Part shown: positions 1-5,763 of the stretch, one piece after another
Position numbering within the stretch: position 1 is the stretch's first letter
Layout: each line of letters starts with the position of its first letter
Source: a phage
Length of the DNA stretch: 39,315 bases
Strand: one strand, 5' to 3'
Sequence record: PZ445456.1
Position numbers and translations under genes: made by a program
The notes under the pieces: model-generated
Databases searched by the model: none
What the model saw: the letters and a program-made list of their open reading frames with translations, nothing else
What the model was told of the DNA's origin: nothing

Positions 1-1761
1 ATGTCACAATCCCAAGAAGCTAAGAACGCGCTAATCATTGCGCAACTTAAGGGTGACTTCGTGGCCTTCCTGTTCGTCTTATGGAAGGCTCTGAACTTAC
101 CTAAACCAACCAAGTGTCAGATTGATATGGCACGTACACTCGCTAACGGCGACCACAAGAAGTTTATCCTTCAGGCGTTCCGTGGTATCGGGAAGTCCTT
201 TATCACCTGTGCGTTCGTTGTGTGGGTGCTGTGGCGTGACCCTCAACTGAAGATACTCATCGTGTCTGCCTCCAAGGAACGTGCTGATGCTAACTCCATC
301 TTCATCAAGAACATCATCGACCTCCTTCCGTTCCTCTCTGAGTTGAAACCTCGACCGGGACAGCGAGACTCCGTGATTAGCTTCGATGTTGGCTTGGCTA
401 AACCAGACCACTCTCCCTCTGTGAAGTCTGTAGGTATCACTGGTCAGTTGACTGGTAGCCGTGCTGACATCATTATCGCAGATGACGTTGAGGTTCCCGG
501 TAATAGCTCTACGAGTTCTGCCCGTGAGAAGCTCTGGACGTTGGTAACTGAGTTTGCTGCATTACTTAAGCCGCTGCCTACCTCTCGTGTTATCTACCTT
601 GGCACACCTCAAACCGAGATGACGCTCTACAAGGAACTTGAGGATAACAAAGGTTACAGTACAGTAATCTGGCCAGCACAGTATCCTCGTAATGACGCTG
701 AGGCTCTCTACTATGGGGACCGCTTGGCTCCGATGCTTAAGGCTGAGTATGATGAGGGCTATGAGTTACTTCGTGGTCAACCTACTGACCCTGTTCGATT
801 CGACATGGATGACCTCCGTGAACGTGAACTCGAATATGGTAAAGCTGGCTACACTCTTCAGTTCATGCTTAACCCGAACCTTAGTGATGCCGAGAAGTAC
901 CCTCTACGACTCCGTGACGCTATCGTGTGCGCTGTGGACCCTGAACGTGCCCCATTGTCTTACCAGTGGCTTCCGAACCGTCAGAACCGCAATGAGGAAC
1001 TCCCTAACGTTGGTCTGAAGGGTGATGACATCCATGCGTTCCATACGTGCTCTTCTCGTACCGCTGAGTATCAGTCTAAGATTCTGGTCATTGACCCAAG
1101 TGGTCGTGGTAAGGATGAGACCGGGTATGCAGTCCTCTACTCACTGAACGGTTACATCTACCTGATGGAAGTCGGAGGGTTCCGTGGTGGCTACGATGAT
1201 GCTACCCTAGAGAAGCTCGCTAAGAAGGCCAAGCAGTGGAAGGTACAGACAGTCGTCCATGAGTCCAACTTCGGTGATGGTATGTTCGGTAAGATTTTCT
1301 CTCCGATTCTCCTGAAGCACCATAAGTGTGCCTTAGAGGAAATCCGTGCTAAGGGCATGAAGGAGATGCGAATCTGCGATACTATCGAGCCGTTGATGGG
1401 TGCACACAAGCTGGTCATTCGTGATGAGGTTATCCGTGAGGACTACCAGACTGCTCGTGACCTTGATGGGAAACACGATGTCCGCTACAGTGCGTTCTAT
1501 CAGATGACCCGTATGACTCGTGAGAAGGGCGCTGTGGCACACGATGACCGCATTGATGCTATCGCATTGGGTATCGAGTTCCTTCGTGAAGGGATGCTTG
1601 TGGACAGCCGTGTAGGTGAAGAAGAGATGACCCTTGAGTTCCTTGAACACCACATGGAGAAACAGACCATTGGTGGTGATGCTATCCATAGCTACGAGGC
1701 TGGTGGCGTAGACATCTACTACGAGGACGATGGAGACTCTAGCTGCTTCATTGAGTGGTAA
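1..1761 (+). CDS. gp19: Terminase large subunit (T7 gp19 homolog), 586 aa
   Basis: Full-length ORF. Same length as T7 gp19 and colinear with it as recalled (MSQ..AKNALI...FRGIGKSF Walker-A-like ... DDRIDA). Its RBS AAGGAGG lies at 39302-39308 at the window end, so the window is circularly contiguous. Confidence 0.95.
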   Translation: MSQSQEAKNALIIAQLKGDFVAFLFVLWKALNLPKPTKCQIDMARTLANGDHKKFILQAFRGIGKSFITCAFVVWVLWRDPQLKILIVSASKERADANSIFIKNIIDLLPFLSELKPRPGQRDSVISFDVGLAKPDHSPSVKSVGITGQLTGSRADIIIADDVEVPGNSSTSSAREKLWTLVTEFAALLKPLPTSRVIYLGTPQTEMTLYKELEDNKGYSTVIWPAQYPRNDAEALYYGDRLAPMLKAEYDEGYELLRGQPTDPVRFDMDDLRERELEYGKAGYTLQFMLNPNLSDAEKYPLRLRDAIVCAVDPERAPLSYQWLPNRQNRNEELPNVGLKGDDIHAFHTCSSRTAEYQSKILVIDPSGRGKDETGYAVLYSLNGYIYLMEVGGFRGGYDDATLEKLAKKAKQWKVQTVVHESNFGDGMFGKIFSPILLKHHKCALEEIRAKGMKEMRICDTIEPLMGAHKLVIRDEVIREDYQTARDLDGKHDVRYSAFYQMTRMTREKGAVAHDDRIDAIALGIEFLREGMLVDSRVGEEEMTLEFLEHHMEKQTIGGDAIHSYEAGGVDIYYEDDGDSSCFIEW

Positions 1762-1781
1762 TAGATAATAGGAGGTATATA

Positions 1782-2228
1782 ATGAGAGTGGCAATTGATA
1801 GTATCACTGGTTGCCACATCTTCCAAGGGTGTAAGACTAAGGGTGGCTACGGTAGGATTCGTGTTAATGGTGTTCATTGGATGGCACATCGATACGCACT
1901 ATTCGTCCACCTGAAGCGTCCTTTAAGGGAAGGATGTGTGGTAATGCACTCCTGTGATAACCCTTCGTGTGTCAATCCAGCGCACTTATCTGAGGGAACA
2001 CAGAAAGAGAACATGGCTGACTGTAAGACAAAGGGCCGTATGGTTCGTGGAGGTTCTTCGGGTCCACGCAAAAGTCTTACAGAGAGGCTCCAAGAGTCAT
2101 TTGAGAAACGACTAAAGGCTGTGCTTGAGGCTAATGGCTCAGACGCTGAGGTTGCTAAGAGACTTGGTTTAAACATCCAGTGGGTCAAGAAGGCTCGATC
2201 TGGTAAACTAAATATGCACGTAAAGTGA
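1782..2228 (+). CDS. Free-standing HNH endonuclease with C-terminal HTH-like tail (148 aa from ATG 1782; the ORF track offers a GTG start at 1755)
   Basis: GGAGG at 1771-1775 lies 6 nt before ATG 1782. HNH_3-type motif string: C..GC..KGGYGRI....HWMAHRYA ... HSCDNPSCVNPAHL..GT..EN. The C-terminal AEVAKRLGLNIQWVKKARSG looks like a helix-turn-helix. Rare codons (AGG, AGA, CGA, CTA) are enriched relative to core genes. T7 has no gene at this position as I recall it. Confidence 0.8.
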   Translation: MRVAIDSITGCHIFQGCKTKGGYGRIRVNGVHWMAHRYALFVHLKRPLREGCVVMHSCDNPSCVNPAHLSEGTQKENMADCKTKGRMVRGGSSGPRKSLTERLQESFEKRLKAVLEANGSDAEVAKRLGLNIQWVKKARSGKLNMHVK

Positions 2229-2294
2229 CTTACTATGCACTATGGGCACCCTATTGAGTGAGGTATAAAAACCTAATGAAATCAAGGGTGTCCC

Positions 2295-2317
2295 TAATAC
2301 GACTCACTATTGGGAAG
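2295..2317 (+). promoter_or_regulatory. Phage RNAP promoter, phiOR position
   Basis: TAATACGACTCACTATTGGGAAG, with predicted +1 at G2312. It lies between gene 19/HNH and gene 19.5, as T7 phiOR does. Confidence 0.85.
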
Positions 2318-2331
2318 GGCACCCTAAGACA

Positions 2332-2351
2332 ACTTAAAGACACTTAAAGAC
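2332..2351 (+). repeat. Tandem ACTTAAAGAC x2 just downstream of phiOR
   Basis: Two abutting exact 10-mers. The same 10-mer recurs at 3201-3210, 3276-3285 and 3287-3296 around phiOL. This is analogous to the ...TAAAGAC repeats near the T7 left end. Confidence 0.7.
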
Positions 2352-2476
2352 TGCATATGCAAAGTGCATACTTAGTGACTAACTCTTAGAGAGACCCTTA
2401 CAGTGAGGGATGATGGTAATAGTAATTACATCCCTACTATCAGTGTAACCATCAAGTATAACAAGGAGGACGCTCT

Positions 2477-2632
2477 ATGCGCTTACTATCCGTGCTCAAG
2501 ACACTGGCAACGCATCGAGTGACTTACAAATTTCTCGTTGTACTTGCTGCTTCCATTGGTCTCGCATCTAGTGCTGAACACATCGGTGAACTGGAGACTC
2601 TGCTTTGTTCTCTACTCACTTGTGTTCCTTAG
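2477..2632 (+). CDS. gp19.5: gp19.5 homolog (51 aa)
   Basis: AAGGAGG at 2463-2469 precedes ATG 2477. The translation MRLLSVLKTLATHRVTYKFLVVLAASIGLASSAEHIGELETLLCSLLTCVP is colinear with T7 gp19.5 as recalled (..RHRVTYRFLVVLCAALGYASL...SILTCSD). It is absent from the ORF track because it is under 60 aa. Confidence 0.75.
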   Translation: MRLLSVLKTLATHRVTYKFLVVLAASIGLASSAEHIGELETLLCSLLTCVP

Positions 2633-2861
2633 ACTGATCATCGGCGCTTAGTGCGCTCTTAGTGATTATGGTCGATATACATCTTCCCTATAATCACTGT
2701 AAGAAGTCAACTCTAAGAGTAACCCTTATGTACCACTCTATGGTCTACAGGGTCTCTTAGGGTCTCTCACGTAGTCTCACCTTATGATAGAGCCTCTGTG
2801 GTTAACCTTATGAGACTTGATGTACCCCTTTAAGAATCCTACAGAAAAATCTGAGAGGGTA

Positions 2862-3057
2862 TCTCATAGTTCATACAAAGTGTTTCCCCCCCTATGGCCT
2901 CCTTCAGTTACCCCAAAGAGTCGGCCCCTATGGTAACTTTATGTTTACTTAATGTCAATCCTTATGTGTGACATTGGGTGAATCACTTGGTGTTACCACT
3001 AGATGTAGTGCTTAGTGTGACCTTATGACCACTATATGTAGTCCTCTCTGTGTCCCT
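2862..3057. repeat. Probable direct terminal repeat (single collapsed copy), with the genome left end near 2862
   Basis: TCTCATAGTTCATACAAAG...C8...CTATGG at 2862 resembles the T7/T3 left-end start (TCTCACAGTG.. / TCTCATAGTTCA..). CTCTCTGTGTCCCT ending at 3057 matches the last bases of the T7 terminal repeat as recalled. Distances from 2862 to phiOL (357) and to the A1/A2/A3 starts (about 490/625/720) mirror T7. The boundaries are inferred, not demonstrated. Confidence 0.45.
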
Positions 3058-3081
3058 ATCTGTAAGTGACCATTGAGTTAC

Positions 3082-3123
3082 TCCTTATGTCATCACCTTA
3101 TGTCATCTCCTTATGTCATCACC
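3082..3123 (+). repeat. Three tandem 13-nt units (T/A)CCTTATGTCATC
   Basis: The sequence ctCCTTATGTCATCaCCTTATGTCATCtCCTTATGTCATCacc is read directly. It is the densest part of the heptamer array, immediately right of the inferred terminal repeat. Confidence 0.85.
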
Positions 3124-3218
3124 TAGAGTCTCTCCTTATGGCTGGCTATCCTTATGTTAACCTTCAGTCGGTGCCTTCAGTCGATAGACCTTATGTTGTC
3201 ACTTAAAGACCATACAGC

Positions 3219-3241
3219 TAATACAACTCACTATTGAGGAT
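3219..3241 (+). promoter_or_regulatory. Phage RNAP promoter, phiOL position
   Basis: TAATACAACTCACTATTGAGGAT. It carries the same CGA-to-CAA and GGG-to-(A/G)AG deviations as T7 phiOL (TAATACAACTCACTATAAGGAGA). Confidence 0.75.
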
Positions 3242-3275
3242 TGGTCTTATTAATATTCCCTTCCTTATAGGGCTA

Positions 3276-3296
3276 ACTTAAAGACCACTTAAAGAC
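3276..3296 (+). repeat. ACTTAAAGAC c ACTTAAAGAC repeat downstream of phiOL
   Basis: Two exact 10-mers separated by 1 nt, the same unit as at 2332-2351 and 3201-3210. Confidence 0.7.
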
Positions 3297-3317
3297 AACT
3301 ATTTGTCACTTTAAGTA

Positions 3318-3346
3318 TTGACTCTAAGATTAACCTATGAGACTAT
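3318..3346 (+). promoter_or_regulatory. Host sigma70 early promoter (A1 equivalent)
   Basis: TTGACT (3318-3323), a 17-nt spacer, then GACTAT (3341-3346). The surrounding GTATTGACT.TAAG..TAACCTAT.A is colinear with T7 A1 as recalled. Confidence 0.75.
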
Positions 3347-3452
3347 AGCAACCGTTGAGAGACACAACGCTACCAACTACCAGACAAGACCTAGAGTTAT
3401 CTGGTAAGGCTGAAGGGTCTCAAGTAGTCATCAACCAGACATACGAAAGTGG

Positions 3453-3481
3453 TTGACTCAACGATAGAAACAACGTAGTAT
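3453..3481 (+). promoter_or_regulatory. Host sigma70 early promoter (A2 equivalent)
   Basis: TTGACT (3453-3458), a 17-nt spacer, then TAGTAT (3476-3481). Confidence 0.7.
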
Positions 3482-3545
3482 AGCAGTCGTCAACAACTGG
3501 TCGCCCTCTGAAACAACATGAGGTGTCACGGTGGCAAACAATAGG

Positions 3546-3575
3546 TTGACAGGCAGCAACAACAAGATGTAAGAT
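3546..3575 (+). promoter_or_regulatory. Host sigma70 early promoter (A3 equivalent)
   Basis: TTGACA (3546-3551), an 18-nt spacer, then TAAGAT (3570-3575). Confidence 0.65.
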
Positions 3576-3643
3576 GTACGACATAACGTTCTTGTGAAGT
3601 CCCACACTGAAAGGGACTCGGTGCTAACAAAACTGCACTTAAA

Positions 3644-3655
3644 GCTCTTTAACAA
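3644..3655 (+). promoter_or_regulatory. boxA-like antitermination element in the early leader
   Basis: GCTCTTTAACAA matches the rrn/T7 boxA core (TGCTCTTTAACAA) in 12 of 13 positions. It lies between the A promoters and the R0.3-type hairpin. Confidence 0.55.
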
Positions 3656-3694
3656 TTTGGATAATAAGCACTCTTGAGATGATGACAACAGCGA

Positions 3695-3737
3695 TTAACT
3701 CAAGGTGACTCGAAAGAGAAGCCTTTATGATAATCAC
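3695..3737 (+). promoter_or_regulatory. RNase III-type processing hairpin (R0.3 position)
   Basis: TTAACTCAAGGTGACTCGAAAGAGAAGCCTTTATGATAATCACT shares the AACTCAAGG...(G/A)CCTT.(A/G)TGAT.A.. frame with the other four copies in the window. Confidence 0.6.
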
Positions 3738-3762
3738 TGCAACCACATGAGGTACACATCCC

Positions 3763-4218
3763 ATGATTCACACTAAAGAGCAAGCTAACGTTTTCTATGT
3801 ACTGGTAAGCGCATTCCGTTCTAACCTGCACCACTTGGATAACCTTAGCCGTCATCGTCGCTTAGTTAACAGCTTACGCAATGCACCTCTGGAATACGGT
3901 AGCGTTGAGTCCACAGACTTAACTGGCTGTTACCATGAGGCTGGCATGGAGTCACCTGCTGAAGAGCAAACCATCCGAGTACGCTGCACGACCAAGGCGC
4001 AAGCTATAAGTGTCGCACGGTTGGCCTGTAACGACTATGAGCAAGACTGTGTACTGGTCTATAAGTCACAGACTCACAGCGCTGCACTAATCTTTGCTGG
4101 TGGCTTAGATGGCTGGAAGACTGAGCGCATTGGGACGTTCCAGATGGTCGCACCCGAAGTTGAACTGATTGGCAACTACACGGTCGATGAGTTCGGACGT
4201 GGCTGGAAGGTAATCTAA
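3763..4218 (+). CDS. gp0.3: S-adenosylmethionine-degrading enzyme (T3-type SAMase, gp0.3), anti-restriction
   Basis: 151 aa. MIHTKEQANVFYVLVSAFRSNL...GSVESTDLTGCY...VARLACN..EQDCVLVYKSQTH...DEFGR.W is colinear with T3 gp0.3 as recalled and is unrelated to T7 Ocr. It is the first gene after the early promoters. Confidence 0.85.
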   Translation: MIHTKEQANVFYVLVSAFRSNLHHLDNLSRHRRLVNSLRNAPLEYGSVESTDLTGCYHEAGMESPAEEQTIRVRCTTKAQAISVARLACNDYEQDCVLVYKSQTHSAALIFAGGLDGWKTERIGTFQMVAPEVELIGNYTVDEFGRGWKVI

Positions 4219-4415
4219 TGGTCGCACTCTTCGTAATCACGATGTACGCTCTGATTGGGGCGTACTTCCTTCGAGACTTCCGCAAGGGTCTGAAGGTACA
4301 CAAGGCTAACTTCTCGCACCTGAAGTATGGCTTTCTACCACGATTCACAGTCCGTGAACGCAACGGGCGCTTTAAGGCTAACAAGGTTGGTATCTTCTAT
4401 GTTGCAACACACTGA
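4218..4415 (+). CDS. Hypothetical early protein, 65 aa, N-terminal TM helix
   Basis: The ATG overlaps the gp0.3 stop (TAATG), the typical T7-style coupling. The N-terminus is hydrophobic (VALFVITMYALIGAYFL) and the remainder is basic. I recognise no homolog. Confidence 0.55.
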   Translation: MVALFVITMYALIGAYFLRDFRKGLKVHKANFSHLKYGFLPRFTVRERNGRFKANKVGIFYVATH

Positions 4416-4563
4416 TAGTTTAACTAAGAAAGTTCTGTACGCACTGGCATATGGTGCTACCAACAAGACTCTAATGCGGGCATTGCACCTGAAGCGGCTG
4501 CCAGCCAGAAAGGTAGCAAAGGCACGTAAAGAAGCACGTTTAATCATCAATTCTCTTTCTTAA
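4399..4563 (+). CDS. Hypothetical early protein, 54 aa from ATG 4399 (the ORF is open from 4327)
   Basis: The ORF fills the gap up to gene 0.7. The start is ambiguous: 4327 would overlap the previous ORF by 89 nt, and 4399 by 17 nt. Both have weak RBS. The C-terminus is basic (KRLPARKVAKARKEARL). Confidence 0.4.
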   Translation: MLQHTDSLTKKVLYALAYGATNKTLMRALHLKRLPARKVAKARKEARLIINSLS

Positions 4564-4584
4564 ACTTAAATAGGACACAATCTA

Positions 4585-5508
4585 ATGAACTACACCGACA
4601 TTCAGGCACGTCTGGCAATCATCAAGTCACTCCCGATTAGCGAACTGGACAAGCGCCAGCCTCTTCTGGTTGCACTGGCTGCTGACATCGTGAACGGTGA
4701 GACAAGCGATGGCAACGATACAGATGGGTCGCAGGGTCTTGAGTATCAGGACTATTGGCACACATTGGGTGCACTGATGCGTGATGCTGGATTCAAGATG
4801 TTAGGCAATGGTCACTTCAGTGCGGCCTACTCGCACGAAATGTTACCGGGTCGAGTCATCAAGGTTGGCTTTAAGAAAGAGGATTCAGGCGCTGCGTACA
4901 CTGCGTTCTGTAGGATGCACCAAGGCCGAGCGGGTATCCCTAACGTCTATCACGTAGCACGACATGCAGGTTGCTATACGGTCGTACTGGACCGCTTAAA
5001 AAGCTGTGACCGCTACGCTAACGATGTGCACGCAAAGTATGCAAGTGCTGCGCAGGAGTTCATTGAGTGCACTGGAGGTGATGCTGATTGGTACGCACAA
5101 TATGTTAGCAAGGAGTTCATTGAGACGTGCAAGATGATTCGTGAGTTCTTCCACGGTATTGCATCTTTCGACATGCACAGCGGGAACATTATGTTCGATG
5201 ACAACGATGTCCCGTACATCACTGACCCGGTTAGCTTCTCACATGACCGTGAACGTGAGGACGGTTTCCCTCTGGACCCTGAAGCACTGCTGGCTGAGGT
5301 CGAGGCTGTAGCGAAAGAGCGCATGATTGAACGTTGCCGCAACCGCAAGGCCAAGTGTGACCCTAACGGAACCTTTCAGGTTAACCGCAAGGCCGCAATG
5401 AAACGCCGTAAGCGCAACCGCAAGTTACGCGCCAAACGTGATGCTGAGGCTGCAAAGCACTTTGTACAGCATAGACATGGACAAAGCAGGAACTACGGGA
5501 CGCTATGA
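4585..5508 (+). CDS. gp0.7: gp0.7 protein kinase, N-terminal kinase portion (307 aa)
   Basis: [18 protein letters not shown]...[31 protein letters not shown]...[11 protein letters not shown]...[14 protein letters not shown]...[12 protein letters not shown] is nearly identical to the T7 gp0.7 kinase domain as recalled. It ends early, at TGA 5506-5508. Confidence 0.9.
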   Translation: MNYTDIQARLAIIKSLPISELDKRQPLLVALAADIVNGETSDGNDTDGSQGLEYQDYWHTLGALMRDAGFKMLGNGHFSAAYSHEMLPGRVIKVGFKKEDSGAAYTAFCRMHQGRAGIPNVYHVARHAGCYTVVLDRLKSCDRYANDVHAKYASAAQEFIECTGGDADWYAQYVSKEFIETCKMIREFFHGIASFDMHSGNIMFDDNDVPYITDPVSFSHDREREDGFPLDPEALLAEVEAVAKERMIERCRNRKAKCDPNGTFQVNRKAAMKRRKRNRKLRAKRDAEAAKHFVQHRHGQSRNYGTL

Positions 5509-5690
5509 GGGCGCAAGATTGGATGGGTGCGCACAACTGGCACAACATGTGGTTGCACAACAACATTGCAGACGTAATCAAGATTGACCAAGTGAACGGC
5601 CTTAAGTGGCAACTAGGGGACCGCCTCGCAATACAAGCGGGTCTCCCTTTGAACATCGACAAGGCACTTGACGCTCAACTGATGGGCTGA
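5505..5690 (+). CDS. gp0.7 C-terminal (host shut-off) segment as a separate 61-aa ORF in a different frame
   Basis: The C-terminus ...[12 protein letters not shown] matches the T7 gp0.7 C-terminus (..NIDKQLDAMLMG). The ATG at 5505 overlaps the upstream stop (ATGA). Confidence 0.65.
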   Translation: MRAQDWMGAHNWHNMWLHNNIADVIKIDQVNGLKWQLGDRLAIQAGLPLNIDKALDAQLMG

Positions 5691-5763
5691 TAAGGTGTAT
5701 CTTCAAGGTCGGCACTGTCTGCTGGCCTTTATAGATAAACTTTCTTAACAACGTGAGGCAACA

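Larger units (their letters stand above)
2724..3259 (+). repeat. Dispersed, strand-specific heptamer array CCTTATG (at least 11 exact copies plus CCTTCAG/CCCTATG/CCTTATA variants) spanning the concatemer junction
   Basis: Exact CCTTATG occurs near 2726, 2782, 2807, 2962, 3022, 3084, 3097, 3110, 3135, 3150 and 3189, all in the same orientation in non-coding DNA. This corresponds positionally to the T7 SRL/SRR CCTAAAG arrays. Confidence 0.8.

Noticed and set aside
692-1018. Alternative-frame + strand ORFs inside gene 19 (692-1018) and similar internal ORFs in genes 5, 8, 12, 16 and 17 (for example 18297-18668, 23195-23551, 27363-27632, 36811-37140, 38018-38322)
   Set aside because: They have no RBS and odd composition, and are entirely overprinted on well-supported genes. 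T7 annotates 19.2/19.3-type ORFs, but nothing in the sequence supports expression here.
2253-2264. 12-nt identity ATTGAGTGAGGT shared between the phiOR upstream region (2253-2264) and the phi10 leader (24561-24572)
   Set aside because: In a 39-kb sequence, dozens of exact 12-mer repeats are expected by chance (about N squared / 2 / 4^12). No extended similarity flanks the match.
3082-3123. Tandem 13-mers and the surrounding heptamer array considered as a CRISPR-like or satellite array
   Set aside because: The units are 7 to 13 nt with no spacers of CRISPR size, no cas genes are present, and the location and orientation match the known T7 end-proximal short-repeat arrays.
3420-3688. Minus-strand ORFs of 61 and 76 aa in the early leader region
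   Set aside because: They overlap the A2/A3 promoters and the boxA/RNase III leader on the opposite strand. They have no translational signals, and the region is non-coding in all T7-like phages I know.
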